Source: Geosiphon pyriformis uo1
Lineage: Eukaryota > Fungi > Glomeromycota
Assembly: GCA_016748015.1 (NCBI GenBank)
Contig: JAAOMT010000672.1
Location: forward strand, 191,431 to 255,430
DNA: 64,000 nucleotides
Reading direction: 5' to 3'
The first letter of the stretch is position 1. Each line of letters opens with the position of its first letter. The position numbers and the translations under genes were made by a program. Of the stretch, positions 13,071 through 24,723 are shown piece after piece. A model generated the notes under the pieces. That model saw nothing but the letters and a program-made list of their open reading frames with translations, did not search any database and had not been told where the DNA came from.

Positions 13071-13219
13071 TGGTTGTCAAAATATTTAAGTTGTAGAGGT
13101 GGTTGCTTTTCAAGAAGATAGATGGGAGTGGTTGGTAGTTCTTTTATTTGTTCAGATACTCCAAATTCGATTTCATTTTCATCATTCTCATCTGGCAGAG
13201 GAATGCTAAGAACATAACA

Positions 13220-14740
13220 TTCTAAACACCATTGGTCATTACAAGGCATAACATATTCTTCACACAATTGAATGTTCATTTGCTCTAATCATTAAATTTG
13301 AGCTTCTTTGGTCGGATATGTATGGTTTGCAATTTGGTGGTAGGTTTCTACTTCATCTTCATAATTAAATCCAGCTAATTCCATGGTGTACTCAATATAT
13401 TCAGCTTCTTTCATTTGGTGGACATCTTCTTGAGTGGCTCCATTGATTAATGTCATTGCTAGGTCAAAAATCATTTCAGCATCATGAGGGTAGTGGTAAA
13501 GTTTATTGAAAGCACTGCTGTATGCTGCATCAAATGGTGTCCCTCTTCTGACTTTTTCCGAAATTGATAGAGCATATTGACAGGTTTGATCACATATTCC
13601 TCCTCTCATTGCTACATCAATCCAATTGCATTCTTCTGGTAGTATTTCTCCACATGTAAGGCAAGATGTGTTGTCCCATTTTCCACTTCTTTTTGGAGAT
13701 CCAAATCGTTCTCTATGGCATGCTTTGCAAAAGTAACAGATACAAGTTTCATATTCCTCTTCTGGAGAAATACATGCTCCTATTGATGAAAGTTTTTTGT
13801 TGCAATCTTTGCATTTGAGTGGAATATAGAGTGGTTGTTTCTGTGGTTCTGGTGTAGAATATCTAACTTTCTTCCATNNNNNNNNNNNNNNNNNNNNNNN
13901 NNNNNNNNNNNNNNNNNNNNNNNNNNNNNNNNNNNNNNNNNNNNNNNNNNNNNNNNNNNNNNNNNNNNNNNNNNNNNNNNNNNNNNNNNNNNNNNNNNNN
14001 NNNNNNNNNNNNNNNNNNNNNNNNNNNNNNNNNNNNNNNNNNNNNNNNNNNNNNNNNNNNNNNNNNNNNNNNNNNNNNNNNNNNNNNNNNNNNNNNNNNN
14101 NNNNNNNNNNNNNNNNNNNNNNNNNNNNNNNNNNNNNNNNNNNNNNNNNNNNNNNNNNNNNNNNNNNNNNNNNNNNNNNNNNNNNNNNNNNNNNNNNNNN
14201 NNTGTGTTCTTCTTCTGACTTTTTCCGAAATTGATAGAGCATATTGACAGGTTTGATCACATATTCCTCCTCTCATTGCTACATCAATCCAATTGCATTC
14301 TTCTGGTAGTATTTCTCCACATGTAAGGCAAGATGTGTTGTCCCATTTTCCACTTCTTTTTGGAGATCCAAATCGTTCTCTATGGCATGCTTTGCAAAAG
14401 TAACAGATACAAGTTTCATATTCCTCTTCTGGAGAAATACATGCTCCTATTGATGAAAGTTTTTTGTTGCAATCTTTGCATTTGAGTGGAATATAGAGTG
14501 GTTGTTTCTGTGGTTCTGGTGTAGAATATCTAACTTTCTTCCATCCTTTTGATTCTTCGAAAATCTCTTGTTCGGTTTCTTCAGCCCAATTGGATGTTGA
14601 TCCAAGAGCCATGTAGGTTTCAGTAAGTGGCATTTCTTTTTCCTCTTCAAATTCAAATACTGGAGCTTTTTCTGATTGTTTGTTAAAGGTACCACAAGTT
14701 GCAGGTACTATGGTATATTGTCCTTGGTATGAGATTTTAA
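13220..14740 (-). other. Cys-rich insert between protease and dUTPase (partly duplicated by assembly)
   Basis: CKDC...CICYFCKACH...CLTC...CDQTC...PCNDQWCLEC, in frame with the protease and dUTPase segments. Confidence 0.7.
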
Positions 14741-14744
14741 GTTC

Positions 14745-15254
14745 TTAATTTTCCCAGTTCAGGTTTGCATTGGCCTTGAGAAGCCAATCATTTCCGACTA
14801 GAGCTTGATATTGAGGTGCATCCATAACAAAAACTTTAACTGGAATGGTGATTCCATCAATTGAAAAAGGGAAATTATTAATTTCTCCTGCTGGAGTCTT
14901 TTTCATACTATCAGCTGTGACAATAACTGTTTGAGCTGGTCTGTCTACGTTTTGTTTGAGTTGTTGTATCAGCTGGTAAGTGATGATACTTCCAGCTGAT
15001 CCACTATCTAAGATTAAGCAAATGAGTTTTCCTTTCACTGTAGCTTCTGTGTACATGGCAGTAATTGTTTTTTGTTCATTGACTGCTGCATTACTAAGCA
15101 GAAATGGTGATTCATTTGCCTCAAATTCAAATGGAAATATATCTGACAGATTAACATTTTGGGCAATTTGAGCTGGGGGAATAGTGTAGTTGGAAGAGTT
15201 TGATCTTGGTGCTGCAATTTCATCTTCAGAAAGTGCAGTTTGTTGAAAATCCAA
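14745..15254 (-). pseudogene. Retroviral-type aspartic protease domain
   Basis: LILDSGSAGSII active-site motif and ALVGNDWL flap-distal motif. Confidence 0.9.
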
Positions 15255-16838
15255 TTCCTCTGGTATTGTAAGATAACTGGGTTGAGTGTGATAGTGATTG
15301 GGTCTTTGCTGGCCCGAATTTCAGGAAACCAACTGGTTATTTGGATTGATTCTGTTGTGGTTATTCTGCAATTGATTTTGGGGTGTGGATTGGTTATGTT
15401 GAACCAATCTTCTTGCTGGTATCTGATATTGTTGAATGGGTGGTGTCTAATATGGCTGAATTGGTAAAGGTTGCTGATATTGTTGCTGCATTGATTGTGG
15501 AGCTGGTGGATAGTAACTGTTTTAATTTTGTGGTCTTGGTGAATAATAAGTTGGTGGTGGAGATTGGTAATAAGATTGTTGTGGTGAAGAATAATGTTGA
15601 TTACTCCTGTTTTGTTGGTCTCTTTGTAATTTCCTACAATCTCGTTTCCAGTGTCCTAGAATTCCACAATAATGACAATTTTGAGATTGGTTGTTGGATG
15701 ATGATCCAAAATTGTTTTGGTTGCATTGTTGTAGGGGTTAATATCTTTGTGGTTGTTGTTGCTGTTGTTGTTGGTTTGTGAAGTAGCTTTCAACTTTTTT
15801 TGTGAGTTGGTCTATCTTCTTTTCAGCTGCTAAGCTGGTTTCTCCAATTGCAAGGTTTACAAGCTTGATGTGATTTGCTTCTTTCATTGCTATTTCATAG
15901 CTCTTTGCATGTCTAATAGCAGTTGCTAAGTCTGCTGGAGCATGTGGACAGACTTTTTTAATCAGTTTGTCTTTTAATTCTGCTATAAACTGATCCAGAA
16001 TTTGAGCATCAGAATAGTAGTCATTGGTTTCCAATTGTCAGATTTGTCTGAGAAGTTTGTTAAATCTTCCAAGATAGGTCATAACAGATTCAGATGTTTC
16101 TTGTTTGATATTGCAAAAGCAGTTTCTAAGAGTGATAGAGGTATTGTTGTCGGTAAATTGTTGTAGAAAAGCATCTTTGAATGCTTGCCAGTTTTCAAAT
16201 GGTTTTTCTAAATTTTCAAACTATTCTCCTGCTGTTCCTTGGAGAAAGTAAGGAATTGCTTTAAGCATTCTTGCTGCAATCCAACCATTTGCATCTCCTG
16301 CTTTTTGAACTTTGTTAAGCCATTCTTGGGGACTGGTATCATTGTCTTCACCAGTGAATTCTGGGATTTTTGCAATGTAAGCAGTTGCCATTTTTTCTTC
16401 GTTTTCTGGAATCTCTTCTGGTTCTGATTCAGTTTCTTTACTTTCCAAGCTTTTTGAGTGATTACTTTCATTTTCCTGTAAGTAATCAATGATATTGGCA
16501 CTTGTTGATATTGGTTCCTGCTGTTGAGTAGGATTTTTAGGTGACTGAAAATCTTCTGGTCTGGAGAAACGGCTAAGTGGTGAACTTGGTATTTGTGGTT
16601 GAATAAATAAAATTGGAAATGGTGTAATAGAAAGTGGTAATTTGACACTGGTTCCTTGTTTAGGTGTTTGCAAGTGTTTGGCAGTTGTCTTTTGTAGTGT
16701 TGGAGTGTTTGGAGTGGTTCTTGAGTATTGCTTCAATCTTTGTTTGCCTTTATTGCTTGTTTCTGTCTCTGATTCAAAGTCAAAAGAGTATTTAGACTGT
16801 ACTGGGTATTTTTCTTCACAATACTTAATAATATTAAA
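15255..16838 (-). pseudogene. Gag (capsid-like region, CCHC zinc knuckle, Q/P/N-rich linker); start lost in gap
   Basis: IPEFTGED..PQEWL..., ILDQFIAEL..., and CHYCGILGHWKRDC at ~15636-15677. Same frame as the protease, broken only by single stops. Confidence 0.88.
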
Positions 16839-17361
16839 NNNNNNNNNNNNNNNNNNNNNNNNNNNNNNNNNNNNNNNNNNNNNNNNNNNNNNNNNNNNNN
16901 NNNNNNNNNNNNNNNNNNNNNNNNNNNNNNNNNNNNNNNNNNNNNNNNNNNNNNNNNNNNNNNNNNNNNNNNNNNNNNNNNNNNNNNNNNNNNNNNNNNN
17001 NNNNNNNNNNNNNNNNNNNNNNNNNNNNNNNNNNNNNNNNNNNNNNNNNNNNNNNNNNNNNNNNNNNNNNNNNNNNNNNNNNNNNNNNNNNNNNNNNNNN
17101 NNNNNNNNNNNNNNNNNNNNNNNNNNNNNNNNNNNNNNNNNNNNNNNNNNNNNNNNNNNNNNNNNNNNNNNNNNNNNNNNNNNNNNNNNNNNNNNNNNNN
17201 NNNNNNNNNNNNNNNNNNNNNNNNNNNNNNNNNNNNNNNNNNNNNNNNNNNNNNNNNNNNNNNNNNNNNNNNNNNNNNNNNNNNNNNNNNNNNNNNNNNN
17301 NNNNNNNNNNNNNNNNNNNNNNNNNNNNNNNNNNNNNNNNNNNNNNNNNNNNNNNNNNNNN

Positions 17362-17729
17362 GCCCAAATTCCAGCAAACTAAAGATACATTTTGATGAAC
17401 TACAAGTTATTTCGCTGAACTATTGATTAATTTGGGTGAACTATTTATAATTTCGGCGAATTTCTGTAAATTTCGGCAAATTTCTTATAAATTTCGGCGA
17501 ATTTCTGTAAATTTCGGCGAATTTTTGAATGTTACAGAGTTCAGGGTATTGTGTAATTTGATCATCTTACTTTCTGTTATACTAATTAGATTATTTTAAT
17601 TGAATCGTGATATGTGATAATTGATTAAATAATAAATGATAATTTGAAATGATATTAATATACTAATGAATTATAGGAATTATAAGGGTAATTTTATGCT
17701 AATTAATAGCTAAAATTCTACTGGTAACA
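17362..17729 (-). repeat. 5' LTR of the Gypsy element (visible part; the rest and the PBS lie in gap 16839-17361)
   Basis: Matches 8926-9262 and ends in CTGGTAACA followed by TSD ATGC. Confidence 0.92.
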
Positions 17730-19750
17730 ATGCTTTCTAATCCAATTTTTTATAATTAAATTTATTTTGTTCTTAATTATATTAGATTTTAAAACCAATT
17801 TTTTATTGTTAACTAAATAATTTAAAATAACTTTTTAAAAAATATATTTTAATATTTTTAATTATTAAATCTTTGTTATTAATAAAAGTTTTTATATATT
17901 TAATAATAGTGTTCTTAATATATGAGTTTTTAATAATTTTAGAATTAAATATTTTATGATTTTTATAAGTTTTTTTGGCATAAACCAAAAATTGTTTAAT
18001 TATATTATTATTAAAACCAATATTCAAAAGTTTTTGAAAATTTACAATCAAATCTGAATTAAGCTTAATTTATTTATCTGTTAAAATCTAAAACTTTATT
18101 AAATTATTCAACTTAAATACTTTTAAAATTTTAAACACAAACAATTTTAATTTAAAAAATTTAAAAAACACCATATTTTTAACCAAACTATTATCATAAG
18201 ACTATATTTTTAAAAATACAGTATTAACAATATAATATAATATTTTATTAAACAATATTTATATCTTATTAAGATCGAATTTTTTTTTACAAACTTTAAA
18301 ATTATTTACAATTTACAAAATAGTATTTAGAAATAAATTGTTAAACTTTATTTAAACTTCTTTGATAATATTGTTAACTTTATATTTTTATTTATTTTTA
18401 TTGGTTTGCTTATATACAAAATTAAGCTAAAAACTAAAAAATTTTTAAACCAATATTTAAAAACAAAACTAAATAATTGGTATTAAAAAAGTTATTAAAT
18501 TAAAACACTTATTAATTAAAAACTAAGTTTTAAAATTTATTATTAACCAAAATAAAATCTATATATTTTCTTGTATTTTTAAAATTAAATTATATAAACA
18601 ATTTATGTAAACAAAAATCATTAAAAAAATTAATCAAACTCATATACATAAATTTTTTAAAATTAATATTACAACCAAAATTATTTTTATTGAAATTTTT
18701 ACTTAAAATCATAAAAATATTAATGTTTAAAATCTTAATTATTATATAATTAAAATAGTATCAAACCCAAAATAATAATAACTAATTACTTATCTTTAAA
18801 TAATAATTAAATTAATAAAAATCTATTAAAAATCTTAAAAACTTTAAAAATATATTTAACTAAATAATTATTTATAATAATTGTATTTATTTATTTAAAA
18901 TTAGATTTAAAGATAAATATTAATCAAATAATTTCATAAAATTTTGAAAAAGTAAAAAATTTTTCAAATTTATTTACTTAATAAAATAATTTTTTAATTA
19001 GTTTTAATATGTTATTCAAATTTTTTTTTAAAACACCTAATATTTTAATATTTAATACATATAATTTTACAGATATAAAAATCTTTTTTTTTTTAATAAA
19101 CAAGAAATTTAGTGTCTTTTTGATGACTAAAATTAATAAAAAAAGATTTAATACTTTGTTATTACTTGTATTATTAATTAAAAATAGATATAACAATTTT
19201 AATAAATTGTAAATAATAATATAAATATAATACAATATTTTATTATTTATATTTTTATTATCTTTTAAATTATTTAAATTAATATAATAAGTTTTTTCTA
19301 TTAAATTATCTATATTATTAATATCTAAAACATTATTAATACTACTTATCTTGTTGCTTATTTTACTTTTTCATAATCTGTTCAAATTATAATTTGTGTT
19401 TTTTAAAATATTTAAAACCAAAGAATTAGCAAAAATATTGATTATAGTAGTAATGATACCAAGTTTTTTTGTCTTTTTGTTAGTGTTTTTATAAACAAAT
19501 ATGAGTAAAAACCGATTTTTTTTGACATTTAAACAGAATTTTACATTAGTTTTACCAATGTTTAAAGCTTTAGTAAAAGATATTGCCAGTTTTATTATTT
19601 TAAAAGAATTAATATTAACAAAAAAAGTTACAAAGAAAAAATATAAAAAACAAATAAAGTAAAATTTCTAATCAAATTTTTTTTTAATTATTATAGCTAA
19701 AAAATTCAAAAATGATTTTAAAAAAAAAACTCTTTTTTTATACATTTTAA
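17730..19750 (-). mobile_element. Heavily decayed LINE copy 2, 5' portion
   Basis: The 17809-18051 translation (YAKKTYKNHKIFNSK...SYIKNTIIKYIKTF...) and LVLKSNIIKNKINLI..WIRKH parallel LINE copy 1 around 3300-3500. Very AT-rich. Confidence 0.6.
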
Positions 19751-19799
19751 ATAATATTATTTTAAATTTTAAAAAAACTTAATAATTTAACAAAATTTC

Positions 19800-19975
19800 A
19801 ATATAATTTAATTATTATATTTAGTTATATTTGTGTATTGTACAAATCAAGTTATTAATTAAATAATAACTATTAATAATTTGATTAAGTAATAATTGAA
19901 TCATTGATAATGATGAATATGAAATGATAATATATGCTAATTATAGAAATTATAAGGATAGTTTTATGTTAATTT
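19800..19975 (-). repeat. Degenerate LTR fragment of the same Gypsy family
   Basis: TATTGTACAAATCAAGTTATTAATT...GAAATGATAATATATGCTAATTATAGAAATTATAAGGATAGTTTTATGTTAATT matches ~845-973 and ~17640-17704. The terminal ~25 bp is missing. Confidence 0.75.
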
Positions 19976-20326
19976 CAGTTCAAATTTTAACTCAAATAAC
20001 TTTTGATGATGCCATTTCAAACATATGTTTTGTGAAATTGGCTTGTGCGGCATTGAAAGTAATCTTGGATTTCTTAAAGTTAACTTTATATATAGGTTTA
20101 GTAGCTCCTCGTTTTCTTTGTCTGTGTCATCCTTTATTAAAGCACTACAATTGAGCATGTTTATGTACTTTTGACTTTCTTTCATCATTTGTAATAATCC
20201 TTGTAGCTTATGTTGCAATAAAGACACTTTATGCATAGGTATATCGGAACACAGCAATGATTCTTGCAACTTGCCAACTCTGTCGATTTCCAGTGAAGAT
20301 GTTCCAGCTTCAACCACCTTCCACAT
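19964..20326 (-). CDS. Hypothetical ORF or exon of an unknown host gene, ending inside the LTR fragment
   Basis: 120 open codons with gene-like GC content. The stop codon is supplied by the LTR remnant. No recognisable domain. Confidence 0.3.
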   Translation of the reverse strand: MWKVVEAGTSSLEIDRVGKLQESLLCSDIPMHKVSLLQHKLQGLLQMMKESQKYINMLNCSALIKDDTDKENEELLNLYIKLTLRNPRLLSMPHKPISQNICLKWHHQKLFELKFELKLT

Positions 20327-20880
20327 TTTATCAATAATACATCCTTTTTTTGTCTCTTTATATTATAAATTTACTTAATTTGACCCAGATCCACGAACAA
20401 GATAAACAACATTAAATGCAATTAAAGTCCCCACTTTACTAGAACCTAGTAGACCATGACCAAACAGGTCATTAGATATTCAACAAACAGTTCGAACATC
20501 CTTGTTGTGGAGAAGACAAACTACAACTGACATCGCAGTCAAAGTGGTTACAGCCCAAGAGAACCTTTACCCACTGTCTGCGTAAGAAAGATTAAACACT
20601 CGTCTTGGCTTTTTCCCGAAGTAGTAATGCCTTTTCCGCCATATCAGCATTGGACGTCTCAATGATGTCTTGCAAATTTTTAATGTTTGTCCGATGCTTT
20701 TGCATAATCGCTTACGGATCGTCCAACACTAAAGAGACAGTTGAATATCGCAGTCTGCAATGTCATAAAGATCGTGAGAGCAAAAGTTATATTTCCAAAG
20801 ATGCGTGACGTCACAAGTTTTGTTCCAGTACGTTTAAACTAAACTAAAATATTATTATTTGGGATTTGATTGTCAAAAAA

Positions 20881-23800
20881 ATGACCGAAATAGACCAACA
20901 GCAACTTCAGTCTCTCGTTCTTTCCGCAGAGCTTAATTCTGAAAACGAAAATCTTGAGCAATTGGGCCCTATAATCAGGTCCATCTATGACAATGGACGA
21001 CAAGAAGCGTTTCTTGAACAGTTAGCAGTTTTTGTTCGCAAGAAGGAAGGAGAAATAGAGAGGATGTGTAATAGTAACTATCAGGTGTGCTTTTTTGGAA
21101 TTGCAGAAGTATCGAGGGAGTTTAGTTTTTAAGAGGAAGTTAAAGCACGATGTGGAAGTTAGTTTCTTTGTTACCTCTATAAATCAAGTTTAAAAACTCA
21201 AATTCATCAACAAATTTATCGGTAAATCTTCAGGAGTTTGTGCACTCTGTCGACCAACTTCTCAAAGTGAGACAGGGTACGGTTAACCTCAAAAACAAAA
21301 TTATAGATTTGAATTATGACGTTCAATTATCCGGCAAAAAACTCGCATCAAAGGTTGGAAATAAATTTGATGTTTTGCGAACAAAATTACATTTTATTTT
21401 AATGATTATTCTATTTGAACACCCTACGCGATTTATCAAAATAAAAAGAAAAAAGAATTAATTCAAACTCGTAGGATTCAAAAAAATATTGATGAAGCTG
21501 TCGAGACTTTACAGACTTGTCTTTATGTCCTAGATCTCGCGAATCGTGTAAATCTTTTAATCGATGATAAAAAGTATTATTCAGCTTTAAAGGTTGTTAA
21601 ATGACTACTATCAGCCTCCTTTGCTTTCTCATCTATCGTTCCCACCTAATTCTTTATATATTTGCGGCTCAAAATTTGGTTTAAAATCAGACACTGGAAG
21701 AAGTACAGACAGTACACCTTCGCAAAGTAAGCCAGTACGAATTTGCACGGCACATGCGTATGTCTTATTTGATTTTATCTTTGATTCTCTATTCTATTTG
21801 ATGCAATTCGCTTATGTGGCTTTCCCTCTTAGAGGAGTCTATACCCGTGATTCAAAATAATATCAAAGATGCTGTGACGAGAGAAATGAAGGAATGGTTG
21901 TTTAAGTGAGAAAATGATTGGAGAATCTATTAAGAAAAGCCTCCCCTTCAATTCTTCATGTTAACTGTATATTCCCTTTATAGAGTGAGGGAAGTTTCCG
22001 AGAAAGTGGGCAAACTTGCCATGGAGCAATTATTCCTGCGACAAATACGTTGGAAGAAAATAATTGGGCAAAATCCAGATCTTGGATCAGTACTAGTGAA
22101 TTCACCCATTGAATTAGCAATGAATGAAGACAATGAATGCAAGTACATTACTCGGCTCGATTTTTTTGGTTTCATGTGATTTACGATTTTAATCTTTGAT
22201 CCTTCAATGAACAGTTAATGTAGTGAATAACGATCAATTGCAAATTGACTTTAAACCATTATATCAATGTTTGCACATTTACGAAGAACTTGGAAAGCGA
22301 AATGAGTTTAAAATTAATTATGAAGAAGACAGAAGGGTAAATTTGGAATAATGTATTTAACAGATATCGCCTTTATGATTCAATCTATCTTACGCTTTTT
22401 ATAATCTTCTATTAGGCTCAAGCAAATTTGGTCCTTTCTACTACCTTCACGTTAAAAGATGGCGACGAAAAAGGTTTCGAAGCTTTTCTCTTTGAAATTA
22501 TGGGATTCTTTGTAATTGAGCACATTATCGTACAATCGACACACAACTTTCGATCACAACGAGAGGTTGATATTCTATGGGATAGTGTTACTACAAAGGT
22601 CATAAAAATGGTGTCCAATAGTTTGCGTGAATGCCATAAACCAGATCTATTCGTCAGGATCAAACATTTTTTGACAAGTTACATTCAAGTTTTTGAGGTA
22701 AAAATCATAAATTTAATATAAGGTTTTTTGGAAAATTGACATCATCTTATTGAAATTTAGGAATATTCTTACAACACCCATAAATATATGGATTTGCACT
22801 TTAACGTATTCCAAAGATACTCGGAAATGCTTAAAGAAAAATTCGCGGAAGATTTTCATCAAGTATTTCATTTAATAAAAACTTGAAATCGATTTTTTTA
22901 TATTTATACCCAAGAATTGCCTACCCATCTATCTGATGTTTAATTGCTTGGTATAGACTCTCTTGGACGACGATTATATGCCGATGATTGTGAATGCTCC
23001 TGATGAGTATGAAGCTGTGGTCGATGCTTGTTGGTTCAAAGATGACCAACGCGCTATGACTCTTCGGTATTTCTATTAGTTATATTATTTTCTTTTTGTT
23101 GATCATCTGTGAATTCAACTTTTTTCATTTTTATAGTTACCCGAGATCATTACCTTTCTCACAAGCCTACCCATCTTGTTGTTTGGACATAAAAAATTTT
23201 GTAGATCAATTTTATGATTTTGCGGAAGACGCTTCTGCCAAACATAATTATCTGGATGATACTTTGAAAGAAGTTTGTTCATGTTTAATTTCTTATTTAT
23301 TTTGAATTCTTAACTGATAATATCTTACATGGCAATTCTGGGATTGTAGGCGCTGGATTCATTATTAATAGAGCATGTGAATGGTGTTCTGCTAGGCAAA
23401 CTACAAAGCACAAATCTCTCACAAATAGTTCAAATAATCATTAATCTAGAATACTTCGAAAGCATGTGTTCCGAATTAGAAAAGTTACTAAAGGATCGAA
23501 GGCCAGTTTTTATTTATACTAAAGGTCAACCTAGAAAAATCTCATTAACAACCATGAAATTTAATTACCTAACAGATCCTTGCACAGGGGTGGTAGAGTG
23601 CAATTAAATGCACCTAATGAATTTCATCAAACACGTCAAAAAGCTGAAAAAAGAATTTTTGAATTGGTCAATTCAAAGATTGATGATTTTTTGGAACTGG
23701 CTGATTATGACTGGTATTATATTGGTTTTCTTGGTTCAAATAAAAATGCCAATTCACCTTTAATTAAAGATCTTGTCAATTTTATGCAGGGCTCCATTAG

Positions 23801-23881
23801 TCTCTCAATCCCAACCAAGTCCCTTTCTTCAAGGTATGATTTATTTTAAATAACGTTGAGGGAAATTATTTCATCAATTTG

Positions 23882-23912
<31 letters not shown>

Positions 23913-24723
23913 CGTTATAATTCAGATATGGTTGGGTTTTTAACCACTGTCATCAGTTCTACTCTTTATAATCTTCCAATGTCAATTAAGACATTCATCT
24001 ACTTTGACGCACTTGATCACTTATCAACTTCTCTTCACGTATGAATTTTCAATTGCTTCATGTTATCGTGTGTGCCAAATTTTGTAAATCTTATAAAAAA
24101 GTTTGGTAATATATTCAGGATTTGATTTTGAGTCCGGAGGTTAAGAAACTAAATGCCAACGGGGTAGCAAATTTTGACATAGATGTCAAATTCTTGGAAC
24201 AGTTTGCCCAGGGCCTTGATGATCCCAATATCGCGGATGCCTTTATGGAATTACGTCAAGTATTTACTCTATTATTAATCTTTTTGAGGCGTATTCATTA
24301 TTAAAACCGATGGTTTAAAACTTCTTGAACATTTTGATTCTTTTATATAACAGATTGTGACCCTCCTGCAATGTGAAAACATGGAAGAATATTTAACTTC
24401 GTCAACTCGTAACAAAAAGTATTCGCGAATAAAACCGGCAGATGTCGTTAACTTGATCGAGAAGTATGATTTCCATTATTTTCCAGGTTTTGTAGTAAAC
24501 TAATTTCAAATTTATTTACTTTTGCTTCTTATCACTTCAATTTAGGATGCTTAAAGATCAATCAACCATAACTTTGAGCATATTAGAGAGATCTAGAAAG
24601 CGTGGGATGGAGACTGTACTGAAAACTTTGAAACCTGATAAGGTTGACTCGATTGTTGATTCTCTTTTCAGCACACCGCAGTTTTTCGACATTTTCAACA
24701 ACAAAATTCCTCGTCATGAATAA
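20881..24723 (+). CDS. SEC15: Exocyst complex component Sec15/EXOC6 (multi-exon)
   Basis: MTEIDQQQLQ...LEQLGPIIR...KKEGEIERMCNSNYQ|EFVHSVDQLLKVR; IDFKPLYQCLHIY; GFFVIEH; YPRSLPFSQAYP; NLSQIVQIIINLEYFE; RIFELVNSKIDDFLELADYDW. Short introns join these exons in frame; last exon ends ...PRHE*. Confidence 0.93.

Larger units (their letters stand above)
8253..17729 (-). mobile_element. Full-length Ty3/Gypsy-type LTR retrotransposon with dUTPase (inactivated by nonsense mutations)
   Basis: Termini TGTTACCGG...CTGGTAACA, 4-bp TSD ATGC (8249-8252 and 17730-17733), two near-identical LTRs, and domain order gag-PR-(Cys-rich)-dUTPase-RT-RH-IN. Confidence 0.95.

Noticed and set aside
13543-14544. Apparent tandem duplication of the Cys-rich domain
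   Set aside because: 13543-13877 and 14210-14544 are identical and flank an N gap, the signature of unmerged contig overlap.
10075-16427. Plus-strand ORFs within the retrotransposon (and antisense ORFs over host genes)
   Set aside because: Shadow frames of real coding sequence on the opposite strand.
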